Of a stretch of DNA of 64,000 bases, positions 1 through 9,551 are shown one piece after another (within the stretch, counting starts at the first letter, position 1; each line of letters begins with the position of its first letter). The notes under the pieces are model-generated. The model was not told where the DNA came from. It saw nothing but the letters and a program-made list of their open reading frames with translations, and searched no databases. A program made the position numbers and the translations under genes. Source of the DNA: an uncultured virus (IMG/VR IMGVR_UViG_3300011712_000002) (Duplodnaviria > Heunggongvirae > Uroviricota > Caudoviricetes); the IMG/VR virus record IMGVR_UViG_3300011712_000002; one strand, given 5' to 3'.

Positions 1-784
1 CCTTCAATAGCTGGAGTAAGTGGCGGCGATCATTAACGCCATTGTCACGTTGATACGGGATTCGCATACGGTGCAGCTGGTCGATTTTGATGTTGTTCAG
101 CACCATATGCGCGATGTCTTTGATGTCAGCGTCAGTGGGAGCCTCGTAGTAAGCAGGGTAGAACGCCACCGGCTCGATCTTAAGAGCACTGGCCACCTTG
201 AGCGCTTTGCTATTCAGCTGGTCATAGAGTGGGGTAGCAATCGGATAAACGGCGCAGTAAAAGTTCTCACGGCCGCCAGCGTGAACCAGCTGGGCGATAA
301 TCTTCGCGAAGTCCGGGCGCTGGAATACGCTTCCCATGTCCGAGGTCAGCAGGATGATGTTGCCTTTGGCGAACGTAGCCAGCAGCTGCGCCAGCTCAAG
401 ACGGGGAACGTGATAAAACTGCTCGCGTGTGTTTGCCAGCGTCATCAGTTCGCAGAGATCGACATAGCCTTGCTCATTCTTGATAAGCGCCGTGAAACTG
501 TAGCTACGACCACGATTTAATGATTCCATACATCCTTTAGACTCCTTTGCGAGTCGAGCGCGGTGCTCGTATGTGGGATCGTCAACTAGGTTCAGCTTCA
601 CACCACAAATGACAGAAACATCCTCACCAGCCGCCATCTGCAACGGTATAACAGAAGCCAGATTCATGCTGTCAGCCGAGATCACCGACGAGTAACCCAT
701 TTCGCGGGCTTTCTCTACGGCGCGCTCTGCTTTCAAAGATGACTCTCCCAGGGAGAAGTCAGTTCGTACCATTAATGCTTTCAT
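1..784 (-). CDS. dnaE: DNA polymerase III alpha subunit, N-terminal PHP domain (runs off the window)
   Basis: Manual translation from ATG 784: MKALMVRTDFSLGESSLKAERAVEKAREMGYSSVISADSMNLAS..., which fits the start of a DnaE PHP domain; absent from the ORF track because no stop lies in the window. Confidence 0.85.
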   Translation of the reverse strand, partial: MKALMVRTDFSLGESSLKAERAVEKAREMGYSSVISADSMNLASVIPLQMAAGEDVSVICGVKLNLVDDPTYEHRARLAKESKGCMESLNRGRSYSFTALIKNEQGYVDLCELMTLANTREQFYHVPRLELAQLLATFAKGNIILLTSDMGSVFQRPDFAKIIAQLVHAGGRENFYCAVYPIATPLYDQLNSKALKVASALKIEPVAFYPAYYEAPTDADIKDIAHMVLNNIKIDQLHRMRIPYQRDNGVNDRRHLLQLLK

Positions 785-962
785 GTGCTTTTGCCTTACT
801 TGTCTTTTTTATTTTGTCGTTTGGGAAGCCTGCGAACTTCCCGTAAATCTTGATAGCGGTCTCTTGAGCCTTAACGAAGCAATCCCGCTTGCTGGAACAT
901 GCCATGCAAACGGGATTAGTTTCAGAGGCTGCTATCAGTGAACCAAAGCAGCCTTTACTCAT
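759..962 (-). CDS. Small Cys-rich hypothetical protein
   Basis: 67 aa with C-x13-CxxC-x5-C; coupled to the upstream AAA gene by an ATGA overlap. Confidence 0.7.
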   Translation of the reverse strand: MSKGCFGSLIAASETNPVCMACSSKRDCFVKAQETAIKIYGKFAGFPNDKIKKTSKAKAHESINGTN

Positions 963-2182
963 ACGAAAATGCGATCCGCAATCTCGCGCGCTGCCTGGGC
1001 AGATGCTGAAGGGAGTTTGTTGATGAATGCGCGTTGCAGACCAGCTGGAATGTCACCGCGACGAATACCAACTTGAAGAGACAGTAGCAGCTCGCGCGGC
1101 CCAATTGGTTGTGAGATCACGCTGGTTTCGTAACCTTCACGAATAAGAGTTGCGAAGCGCACCAGCTTCTGAGCGAAATCATCTGTAGCGCCTGCTTTAA
1201 CCAGCATGTTGGTTTCGGCGCGCTGGCTCATGTAATGAACTTTCGAGACAATTCCAAAGCGAGAGAAGTTGGCGGCGTTCTGCAGGTTTGTACCCTGATA
1301 CAGTCCTGTTTCGTCTCCAGATCCGTTTGTGTTGCCGGTGGCGATGAACGCAAAACGTTTGTGCGGTGCAACGCGGCGCCACTCTGGGGTAGCCTCTTTG
1401 ATGACAAGACCTTCACCTTCCAGCACTGGCTGATAGATGCCCAAAATTTGAGGGAATGCGAAGTCGTATTCATCTGCCAGATATACCCAGCCGTGACGCA
1501 TTGCCAGTGCCAACAAGCCAGGTTCGAAATACGTTGAGCCATCTCGTGCCAGAATCTGCCCGGAGATATGCGCTTCTTCCGTCGAAGCGGTGTGCTGAGA
1601 GCGGATAACCGGTCGATTCATCAGGGCGCAAAGCTGAGTTGGGAGAGAGGTTTTGCCCGTGCCAGCATGACCCCATAGATAGCCTGGAATGCCCAGCTCC
1701 ATCATCATCAGAACATCTTTGATAAGCTCAAAGTCACCGTATACGTAGTTGTCTTTGGCCACCGGAACGAACTCTGGGAATGGCGTGTTTACGTTCACTG
1801 ACACCTTTAGCGGCTGGTTCAGCGCGGTGGATAGGTTTTTCAGTTCGACGCCAAGCAGCTCGTGCGCGGCCACCATCTCCACCTTGTATTCCTCAGTGCC
1901 GATGTAGCCAACCTTAACGGTCGGTGCTTTGCTTTCAGCAGCTTGAATTTCCTGCTTACGAGCCTGAATTGTCTTAATGGCCAAAGGTGAAATCGTTGGC
2001 GCATCGGGGAACTGAGTGGTGTATGCCGCGATGATGTCTTCTACGGTACTGCTTTTATGCTCTTCAGGAATGCCGGTGCATTTGCCCTGCAGATGCGATT
2101 TCAGGTGGTGGAACTCGCAAGAACACCAATGGCAGGTGATGGTTTCCTTCGCTGGTATGTCTTGGACTTGGACGGCGCTCAT
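959..2182 (-). CDS. MoxR/CobS-like AAA+ ATPase
   Basis: Walker A GHAGTGKT, Walker B YLADEYD, ATGN sensor, N-terminal Zn finger. Confidence 0.9.
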   Translation of the reverse strand: MSAVQVQDIPAKETITCHWCSCEFHHLKSHLQGKCTGIPEEHKSSTVEDIIAAYTTQFPDAPTISPLAIKTIQARKQEIQAAESKAPTVKVGYIGTEEYKVEMVAAHELLGVELKNLSTALNQPLKVSVNVNTPFPEFVPVAKDNYVYGDFELIKDVLMMMELGIPGYLWGHAGTGKTSLPTQLCALMNRPVIRSQHTASTEEAHISGQILARDGSTYFEPGLLALAMRHGWVYLADEYDFAFPQILGIYQPVLEGEGLVIKEATPEWRRVAPHKRFAFIATGNTNGSGDETGLYQGTNLQNAANFSRFGIVSKVHYMSQRAETNMLVKAGATDDFAQKLVRFATLIREGYETSVISQPIGPRELLLSLQVGIRRGDIPAGLQRAFINKLPSASAQAAREIADRIFV

Positions 2183-2279
2183 GTGCTTTTCCTTTCTCGT
2201 TTTTGTTTATCTGGTGCTTATAGTAATAATTTTAAGATAAAAAGATAAGTAGCTGCCTACTTATCTTTATCGGCATGAC

Positions 2280-4574
2280 TTAGCCAAGTATCAATTGAGA
2301 CAATTTCCTCACGACAGTGGCGCCCAGGTCTTCCACTTTTTTAACCTCAACGTTGTTCTTGTAGAACCGGCTGGGAGCATCCGTAAGAATGCCGATACCC
2401 ATTAGATCGATAAGACCACTGCCTTCAATTGACTCCGCCACAGCTTTAAGATGGTCGCTGAAGTCATGACCGATTCCAGCTGGCGCACCATCACTCATGA
2501 CAAGCATGATTTTCTTATCCTCAGTGCGGCCAGCAAAGTGCTGAGCCAAAGCCATAATTGATTCACCATCAATGTTGTCTTCAAGGGGGAATCTCTCTGA
2601 CAAGCAGCCTAAGCGTTTGCGTGTGGTGGGCGTGTTTGCTCGTTCGTGCCAACCCTTGATAGTGGGGAGCATCAATGATTCATAGCGGTTGTAGCCGCGA
2701 CCCATCTTCCTTGCTGCATCGATGTCACAGCCTGCAGTTGTAAACCCGGTAATGATGTTCGGTACATTTATGCGATCGAGCGCGTCAGAAATTGTGTAGG
2801 CGCAGGCCAGAGCGAGACAAATTTTCGAACCCTGCATTGAGCCAGACAAGTCGATAACCTGCTGCACACAAGCGTTTACTGCCTTATGGTCTTCCTTGCG
2901 ACGGAATACGCGGTCATCGTTCATAGACAGTCGGTACAAATTGGCGCTATGCACTTTTCCACGACGTTGACCAGGTAGGAACTGGACTTTGTTACGACTC
3001 GCAATGGCACGTTCAAGGTCTTTGGCCAGTGTCGAGGCCGATCCATCAGCGAGACGACGCTCGACATTCGAGGCAAATAAACTGGTGCCTTCGTCGTCGA
3101 TACGCCAGTTCTTTAAACCACGGTTAAGATGGATGCGGCCAAAAGCTTTATGAGTTTTGCGGAGATGGTTCTCGACATCATCAATCGGGCCAATAAAGTC
3201 GTATGAGCGTTGATATGGGCGATATGAGCCTTTTGGCACACCTTTCAGCTCGTTGGCCATTACCTCGTTGAGCGCTTCCTCCATGCCCTGCTCTGGAGCC
3301 ACCTCAGTGCCTTCCAGCGCCTTAAACGCTGCGTCCAATGGAATATCACCAGTACCGCCATCTTCTTCGTTTAGATCGCCCTGGGTGGCTTCCTGACGAC
3401 CATCACTATCTAGATCACCTGGTGTGCTTTGCTGGTCATCTGAGTTGGCCGCTGAATCAGTATCGTCTGCACCGCCCGAACCACTTTCAGGCTGCTCATT
3501 ATCTGGATCATTGTCGTCCGACTCGCTCTCAAATCCACCAAACCCCTCAGACTGTTCAGATTCCTCTTCACCTTCTGGTTTACCATCACCATCACCTGAT
3601 TCAGCTGGGGCGTCATCTTCGTGAGCGTCACCATCTTCAGGCTGGGAGTCATTAGCGTTGCTGGAGTCAGGATCTGATTCAGAGCCTTCTTCCTTATCTT
3701 TTATATTATCTTCATTACTATTATTTACAGGAGCAGGCTCTTCTTCTTCCTGCGTCTCATCAACACTACCAGGCTTATCACTATTAGATTCATCATTTGA
3801 TTTAGTAGGTTGTTCACTACCTACATCATCAGACGAATCATTTTCCTTATCATTTTCTTCCGAATCACCATGGCCAGATTTACCTTCCGGTTTCTCCACT
3901 TCTTCCTTTAAAGCCAGTGAAATGCGGCCTGCCAGCTTGATGCAGTCTTCGGTGCTCATCAACATTGGCACAGCAGCCGGCACACCAGCTTTACTTAATT
4001 TTGATACAGGATCGCGAACATAAGCCCAATACGGCTCCATGAACTCAACAAAAGGCGTTTGTCCTGCCCAGGCGCGTAAAGCTGGCATTAACAGGAACTT
4101 AAGAAAGAGATCACGCGGATTACGTGACAAAGCCTTTAGTGCATCATCCACTTTCGGAACGAAAAGTTTTTCAATTACATGACGTTGCGTATTTACAAGG
4201 TTGCGTTTAGATCCAGAGAAAACCTCACCCATACGTCGTTCAATGAAGGTGTCTTCAACAGCGTTCCAGAGGTGAAAAGCTGGGCTGTCTTTCTTTTCGA
4301 GCAGCTTAAATGCCAGCTTCGAGTCGGTGAAAAGGAGGTGGGCGACTTCATGGTCAAGGAAGCCACGAATCGCGTTCATGAGGCCATCAGTGGCATCATC
4401 TGGCAGAGAAGGCAGGTTCACCATGCAAGGCGTCCCATCTTTGTTGTATTCAACGTATGCGCGGCTGCCACGTTCGGCCACAGGAATGTCTTTACCGGAG
4501 AGCATGACAACAACCTTGCGAACACTTTCGCGAAATATCTGAACCTCTTTTCTAATTTTTTGTTTGTTTTTCAT
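2280..4574 (-). CDS. CobT-like vWA-domain protein with acidic low-complexity linker
   Basis: HEVAH motif, long D/E/S-rich linker, vWA MIDAS DLSGS and VMSDG; start placed at ATG 4574. Confidence 0.88.
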   Translation of the reverse strand: MKNKQKIRKEVQIFRESVRKVVVMLSGKDIPVAERGSRAYVEYNKDGTPCMVNLPSLPDDATDGLMNAIRGFLDHEVAHLLFTDSKLAFKLLEKKDSPAFHLWNAVEDTFIERRMGEVFSGSKRNLVNTQRHVIEKLFVPKVDDALKALSRNPRDLFLKFLLMPALRAWAGQTPFVEFMEPYWAYVRDPVSKLSKAGVPAAVPMLMSTEDCIKLAGRISLALKEEVEKPEGKSGHGDSEENDKENDSSDDVGSEQPTKSNDESNSDKPGSVDETQEEEEPAPVNNSNEDNIKDKEEGSESDPDSSNANDSQPEDGDAHEDDAPAESGDGDGKPEGEEESEQSEGFGGFESESDDNDPDNEQPESGSGGADDTDSAANSDDQQSTPGDLDSDGRQEATQGDLNEEDGGTGDIPLDAAFKALEGTEVAPEQGMEEALNEVMANELKGVPKGSYRPYQRSYDFIGPIDDVENHLRKTHKAFGRIHLNRGLKNWRIDDEGTSLFASNVERRLADGSASTLAKDLERAIASRNKVQFLPGQRRGKVHSANLYRLSMNDDRVFRRKEDHKAVNACVQQVIDLSGSMQGSKICLALACAYTISDALDRINVPNIITGFTTAGCDIDAARKMGRGYNRYESLMLPTIKGWHERANTPTTRKRLGCLSERFPLEDNIDGESIMALAQHFAGRTEDKKIMLVMSDGAPAGIGHDFSDHLKAVAESIEGSGLIDLMGIGILTDAPSRFYKNNVEVKKVEDLGATVVRKLSQLILG

Positions 4575-4706
4575 GTGCTTTTCCATTTCTTGTTTATGAA
4601 AACAAATTGTTTTCTGAGTGGTGATAATAACATTGCGCGCAATGAATGAGACCATTAACGCGCAGGTCAGTAACAAGGTTTGGATTTTAAGAAAGGCTAA
4701 AGAGAA

Positions 4707-4925
4707 TTAAAGAAAACGTGTGACCAGATTGGTTTCGCCAGTGCAGGCAAGGGTGTACTTCATTTGCGCAATGCTGATGTGAAAACATGCGACGGCGTCG
4801 TCTCCGCAGTCAATGTCAATACCGTTGCAGCGAAGGATAATGTCCGAAACTAAATGGTAAGGAACGGCGATAATCATACCTACGCCAAGTGCCTTCAAGG
4901 AGGCGATTAGATCATCCATAAACAA
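4707..4925 (-). CDS. Hypothetical protein
   Basis: 72-aa ORF in line with the operon. Confidence 0.55.
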   Translation of the reverse strand: MFMDDLIASLKALGVGMIIAVPYHLVSDIILRCNGIDIDCGDDAVACFHISIAQMKYTLACTGETNLVTRFL

Positions 4926-5180
4926 CCTTTGAGACAGTTCTTATTTAATGAGGCGGCATCTTATACGGTATGTAACAAAAATCAAAGGTTTTATATCAAA
5001 ATTAATTCTCATTTCGCCTTGAGATATGGGCATATTCTGAATAGTTAGTGGGTTACTTATCGTTATGCAGGGATAACCCTTTACTTACTTTCTAGCCGGT
5101 AATACACTCAGGGCAATGGTGCAAATGACACCTCTCTATTAAGAATTATTTCGCATAAGTAAGCAGGAAAAAAATATATT

Positions 5181-5561
5181 ATGGTCGCTAAAAAAGGTAA
5201 CCGCATTTCAGCGTTTATTGAGGGGCTAATTTTGACCTCCCCAAAGTCCCAGACTCAGATCGCATCTGAGATTGGCTACGAAAACGCAAACAACCTTTCC
5301 AATATCAAAACCGGCCGACTGCCGATGCCATTGGAAAAAGTATCCCTTCTCGCTGAAGCTCTTAGCACAGATGAGACCCGCTTTATGATGCTGGTGCTGG
5401 AAGAACGATACCCGGTCATCCACCAATTCATAAAGAAAAACCTCCCTGGTCTAAGTGACGAAGAGCGCCAGATAATCAATGCCTTAAGAGACAAAACAAA
5501 AACATCCGGCACTCTTACAGATGAAAAGCTCAAGAAGATACTTGCCGCAATCGAAAGTTAA
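5181..5561 (+). CDS. XRE-family HTH transcriptional regulator (candidate repressor)
   Basis: SQTQIASEIGYENANNLSNIKTGR HTH; transcribed divergently from the cobT operon. Confidence 0.8.
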   Translation: MVAKKGNRISAFIEGLILTSPKSQTQIASEIGYENANNLSNIKTGRLPMPLEKVSLLAEALSTDETRFMMLVLEERYPVIHQFIKKNLPGLSDEERQIINALRDKTKTSGTLTDEKLKKILAAIES

Positions 5562-6660
5562 CGACACCAAGCCCAAGGCGACTGTTTGATAGATCCAGGC
5601 GGTCGCCTTTGTATTTGTGACTCAACTCCTCCACCCCCTCGCTTTCGACTATATTAAACAAAAATACTGAGTATTTGTACAGTGCTTCTTGCATCTGATC
5701 AATATAGTCGTGCCTATCGTACACACGGTCAATTCCTTCAAGGCTTTGATTTAAAACCTTTCTTGATACGTCACTTGGAACATCCAAGCTTGCCAGGCAG
5801 CTCCTTGCAGTCCTGCGGAGGTCACGCGGAGTGAACGGCTCAACCGCCAGCATTTCTGGTGTTTCGAGGATTCGGCGCAAAGATTGGCTGATGGCCACCT
5901 TTGACATCGGCCGCCCTGCTTTCTTGTTAGATGGGCATAGCCATTCGCTACCCTCACGCGCGGCAAGCAGCCTTTCGATACAGAGCTTCATAATCGGGCT
6001 GATGGGCAACCGGTGGTCTCGATTCGACTTATTCCGACGACCCTGGTTCCATATGTTATTGGTGAGGTCAAACTCAGCGGATTTTGCACGTAGGATCTCG
6101 TCAGGGCGTCGAGCAGCAGCAAGCGTCAACCTGGCAGCCCAGCGCGTCACCTCGCAGACTTCGAAGTAATCCCATACATGCCAGAATACCCAGATTTCAG
6201 CGTCTGTTAGAGTGCGCTCCCTGGGCTTAGGGTTTGAGCCACCAACTTTGTTCAGTGGAATGTCGCCAACAGGCGAGTTCTCCAGATACCCCTGAAACAC
6301 GCACCAGGCTAGGAATTGCTTCATTATGGAAAAGACACGCTTTCCTTGAACAATTTTACCTTCAACGATCAGCGGGTTAGTCAGCCGGTTAACGACCACT
6401 TTGGTGATTTTTGACAGAGGGAGATCGCCAATTTTTGGTAGAACGTGTATCAAAATGCAGTGGACGCCAAGCTCGGGACGGCGGCGAGTCACTAGCAAAG
6501 ATAGCCGAGTGAAAAGCATGAATGCTTTCCTGAAAACCGGGTCGGAATCACTAAAATCTTCCAGTTGGTCAAGCGGCGACTCGATGGCGGTCTGCAAAAA
6601 CGCGATCGTCTCTGCGGAACAGTTCTCTGCTGCCTTGGCCAAATCAAAATCACTGCGCAT
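5530..6660 (-). CDS. Tyrosine recombinase (probable dimer resolvase)
   Basis: RRPDEI box I, RDLRRT box II, VYDRHDY catalytic Tyr; no obvious arm-binding N-terminal domain. Confidence 0.88.
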   Translation of the reverse strand: MRSDFDLAKAAENCSAETIAFLQTAIESPLDQLEDFSDSDPVFRKAFMLFTRLSLLVTRRRPELGVHCILIHVLPKIGDLPLSKITKVVVNRLTNPLIVEGKIVQGKRVFSIMKQFLAWCVFQGYLENSPVGDIPLNKVGGSNPKPRERTLTDAEIWVFWHVWDYFEVCEVTRWAARLTLAAARRPDEILRAKSAEFDLTNNIWNQGRRNKSNRDHRLPISPIMKLCIERLLAAREGSEWLCPSNKKAGRPMSKVAISQSLRRILETPEMLAVEPFTPRDLRRTARSCLASLDVPSDVSRKVLNQSLEGIDRVYDRHDYIDQMQEALYKYSVFLFNIVESEGVEELSHKYKGDRLDLSNSRLGLGVVNFRLRQVSS

Positions 6661-6704
6661 ATGCGAAACCTCTTTTTTAGGGTCAGCATAGCTCGGATTT
6701 TACA

Positions 6705-6735
6705 ATGATTCCATACTATATAAGTATGGAATCAT
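6705..6735. other. lox/dif-like palindromic recombination core site (candidate)
   Basis: ATGATTCCATAC-tatataa-GTATGGAATCAT: perfect 12-13 bp arms, directly upstream of the recombinase gene. Confidence 0.65.
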
Positions 6736-6835
6736 ATAAACGCGCTAATTTTAATTTTATGAAAATTTTGTGGACATAGTTGCGGTTCATGCGTAATAGT
6801 CTATTCGAACTGAATAGCTAGAATGCAGAGGCGAT

Positions 6836-7219
6836 ATGAAGCAGATTCGTTTTAAAGTGCTTAGGCCAGGCGACACTGTTGTGAGCTTCACTAAGCACAA
6901 CCTTGTAATACAAAAAAGCTCAGGTGAATTTTTCATCTACACACTTACTGGCGTTGAGGAGGGTAAGCCAAACTTCTTTAAAGAGTACGAAAAAGTTACT
7001 ACTTTTACCTCTGACCTTATTGAAGAGGGTTTTGCCATTGTTCGCGACGGCAATGATTTCAAAATTTTTCAAGTAAGTGATTACGATAGTATTGGCATAC
7101 CTATTTTTGACAGAAATTACTATCTCATAATCACGTCAGGTGTTGGTAAGATCCAAAGTTACGACACTGATACTCAAATCACTGCCGAAATCCCAGCTAA
7201 GGTCAAGAATAATGAGTGA
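6836..7219 (+). CDS. Hypothetical protein with internal repeat (cassette gene 1)
   Basis: AT-rich 127-aa ORF with SD GAGG. Confidence 0.75.
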   Translation: MKQIRFKVLRPGDTVVSFTKHNLVIQKSSGEFFIYTLTGVEEGKPNFFKEYEKVTTFTSDLIEEGFAIVRDGNDFKIFQVSDYDSIGIPIFDRNYYLIITSGVGKIQSYDTDTQITAEIPAKVKNNE

Positions 7220-7442
7220 TAAATCAAAAGATCCTTGGACTGCCAATATTGGCATTTCTGGCGATAAGGAAACAGTTCAGAAAATATTAAAACTAATTGA
7301 AGCTGAGGAAGAAGAAGGTAAATTAACAGAGGTGTCTAGAATAGACGGGCCTTACGAGTCATTGCGATTAATGATGAAGCGTAGGCAAGAAAACTTGGCC
7401 CTCGAAATTAACGAAAGGCCAGAGGAAAGTGAGGACAAATAA
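7212..7442 (+). CDS. Small acidic hypothetical protein (cassette gene 2)
   Basis: ATG 7212 overlaps the end of gene 1; its stop overlaps the HNH start. Confidence 0.7.
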   Translation: MSDKSKDPWTANIGISGDKETVQKILKLIEAEEEEGKLTEVSRIDGPYESLRLMMKRRQENLALEINERPEESEDK

Positions 7443-7699
7443 TGTCCAGACCATACGAACACATTAAAGCGCAAAAAGAAAGAAAAATCAAAGACCTAGG
7501 GATCTGTCTTCTTTGTGCTTCAACTGAAAATTTGCAAGCCCATCACATATGGGAATATTCGAAAGGTGGCCCTTCTTTAATAGAAGGACTGATTACAGTT
7601 TGTATGGACTGCCATCAGCGAATGATCCATCTTGATGGTCAAATAACACTTTATAAATACGAGAATGGAATAACTATAAAGGGGAGAGGTGGTAGGTAA
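7442..7699 (+). CDS. HNH endonuclease
   Basis: CLLC...AHHI...GG...LITVCMDCHQRMIH. Confidence 0.85.
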   Translation: MSRPYEHIKAQKERKIKDLGICLLCASTENLQAHHIWEYSKGGPSLIEGLITVCMDCHQRMIHLDGQITLYKYENGITIKGRGGR

Positions 7700-7716
7700 A
7701 GATGATAAAAAAAATC

Positions 7717-7745
7717 GAGGGCTACAAATTTAGCCCCTTTCTTTT
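7717..7745. terminator. Probable bidirectional intrinsic terminator
   Basis: GGGCTA-caaatt-TAGCCC with A and T runs, between convergent genes. Confidence 0.55.
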
Positions 7746-7996
7746 TAAAATATTAACTTGAAGTTGTCAAATCCACCGATTGGTTTATCATCAACGAAGA
7801 TCTGGGGCACTTGTTTTACCGGCTTGCCAACAAGTTCACTCAGCTCTGGTGCACCAATCCCGGTGACCTGGATGTCGATGTATTCAAACGTCAGCTTGCC
7901 CTGGCTCTGTAGTTGCGAGGCCAGCTCCTTTGCTTTTTTGCAGTAGGCGCACTGTTCTTTGCCATAAATTTTCACTTTTACCATTCTGTTCATCAC
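7745..7996 (-). CDS. Glutaredoxin (GrxA/NrdC-like)
   Basis: CAYC active site, VPQIF, IGGFD. Confidence 0.9.
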   Translation of the reverse strand: MMNRMVKVKIYGKEQCAYCKKAKELASQLQSQGKLTFEYIDIQVTGIGAPELSELVGKPVKQVPQIFVDDKPIGGFDNFKLIF

Positions 7997-8342
7997 TCAA
8001 TGTTTGTTTTAAAAGGTAGCCCTCAAGAGGCCAAATTTTTGCAATAGCGTTGCGGCGCGCCAGCTGGCGGCTCAACTCAGGATCAAAGTTTTCTTTGCTA
8101 ACACAGGCATTCTCGCCCGTGACAGTGTAACCGTTGATCAGTAGCAAATAGCAAAACGTATGACGGTCGGCGGCCGTGTTAGCCCACCAAGCTGCATCGA
8201 CGCCCTGGTTAGCTGATCGAATGCCGTCGTAAGCTGAAAAATAATGCTCTTCAGCAATGAGACTCTCGATGTGTTCCAGCGTAACGCGCGGTGCGGTTAG
8301 TCCTTTGTCGAGCAGCTGCTGTTCAAGTTCGGCGTCTGTCAT
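7884..8342 (-). CDS. Gp49-family phage protein (candidate Acb4-like nucleotide-signal sponge)
   Basis: APRVT...TFCYLLLINGYTVTGENACVSKENFDPELSRQLARRNAIAKIWPLEGYLLK signature; ATG 8342 overlaps the upstream stop. Confidence 0.75.
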   Translation of the reverse strand: MTDAELEQQLLDKGLTAPRVTLEHIESLIAEEHYFSAYDGIRSANQGVDAAWWANTAADRHTFCYLLLINGYTVTGENACVSKENFDPELSRQLARRNAIAKIWPLEGYLLKQTLSDEQNGKSENLWQRTVRLLQKSKGAGLATTEPGQADV

Positions 8343-8827
8343 TTCACGATCACCCAATCTTCACTGAGCATATCGGTTTGGCTGGCCAGCCACGGTACGT
8401 TCTGCCCGTCTGCAGTACGCATATAGATGTATGGGAGCGTCATGTCACTGTCTGCGTCCGGGCGTTGCAGCTCAAGCCACATCCCTTTGCCATTCCAGCC
8501 CTTGCGAGCCACACGATCACCCTCTTTAAGCAGCTCGATGGCGATACCAAAAGAGACGCCAAATGAAGCGGCTAAACCTGCGTCTGCGAGCGGCAGATAA
8601 CCTTTCTCAAATGCTTCTGCCGGTGAAAATGATTCATAGCCGTCTTCATAACGAACAAAGTAGCCTCCGACTTCTGGCTGATGGCGAGCGACCCAGGCTC
8701 GGCCAACTTCAATCTCAACGATGCTTTTGTGGAGACTCAGGCCGATTGCGGTGCCGGTGATTGAAGCGATTTTTGCGGCGCCAACCACCTTGATGCTCTG
8801 GTACTCTGGTAGTTTAACTTCTGACAT
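8339..8827 (-). CDS. Tad2/DUF2829-family anti-Thoeris sponge with an extra N-terminal domain
   Basis: FGIAIELLKEGDRVARKGWNGKGMW...PWLASQTDMLSEDW is the DUF2829 signature. Confidence 0.85.
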   Translation of the reverse strand: MSEVKLPEYQSIKVVGAAKIASITGTAIGLSLHKSIVEIEVGRAWVARHQPEVGGYFVRYEDGYESFSPAEAFEKGYLPLADAGLAASFGVSFGIAIELLKEGDRVARKGWNGKGMWLELQRPDADSDMTLPYIYMRTADGQNVPWLASQTDMLSEDWVIVK

Positions 8828-8922
8828 TTTTGATTCCCTTCGTGAGTGTGTAGGCGTCCATTGCCTAATAAATTCGTGACAAGAATAGCCAATAATAATT
8901 GGTGGGTCACTACCTATTATTT

Positions 8923-9516
8923 TTAGCTGGTAAATCGAGCCAGAAAATCGCTTTTAGCTGTACGACGAGGCCAAGTTAGGTACTCTTCAGCCGGTGCGTT
9001 GTCCGGCACTCGCGCGCAGTTCGACTCAAAGAAAATCGGGCTGAAGCTGGCGGCTCCGTCTATGAATTTGTCAGCAAAGTAGAGCGTGAAGTGACGCGCC
9101 CTGCTATCGAGCGTTGACATTGAAATTGCGACGAAGGAAGAGAGTGTGACGGTTTTAAAAGCTCTGCTTACGATAGGGTCTGATGGGTCATCTTCGAATG
9201 TCGATGGCATCATTGGCATTTGAGCAATGTTAAAGCGCTCGCTGCTGCTGAGAAAGTTTGTGCGTAACTGCATACTACTCAGTGGCCGAATTTCTCTGCT
9301 ATCTCCGATCACCTGAATGAACCGGCCAGGTATGGTGTTCTTGTATTGGATACGCTGGTAAGTGAAAGAGGTATCACTGTTCATCATCGACCTTTCAAAT
9401 GCCTCCGTTAAGCTGGCCGGCATCCTTGTGCTGAAGCGATTATTGGCGTGATCTTCATAGCCCTTTAATTGTGCTTTGTACCTTTCAAAAGCATCCCAAT
9501 CGTTCATTCTTGCCAT
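8923..9516 (-). CDS. Hypothetical protein
   Basis: 197-aa ORF with SD GAGG. Confidence 0.65.
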   Translation of the reverse strand: MARMNDWDAFERYKAQLKGYEDHANNRFSTRMPASLTEAFERSMMNSDTSFTYQRIQYKNTIPGRFIQVIGDSREIRPLSSMQLRTNFLSSSERFNIAQMPMMPSTFEDDPSDPIVSRAFKTVTLSSFVAISMSTLDSRARHFTLYFADKFIDGAASFSPIFFESNCARVPDNAPAEEYLTWPRRTAKSDFLARFTS

Positions 9517-9528
9517 ATTTGCCTCAAC

Positions 9529-9551
9529 AAAAAAGGGGCCGAAGCCCTTTT
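9529..9551 (-). terminator. Intrinsic terminator
   Basis: AAAGGGCTTCGGCCCCTTTTTT on the minus strand. Confidence 0.65.

Noticed and set aside
20..520. 166-aa plus-strand ORF
   Set aside because: Shadow of dnaE on the minus strand
959..4574. Cobalamin biosynthesis (cobS/cobT)
   Set aside because: No other cob genes are present; this is a phage-type MoxR-vWA chaperone pair
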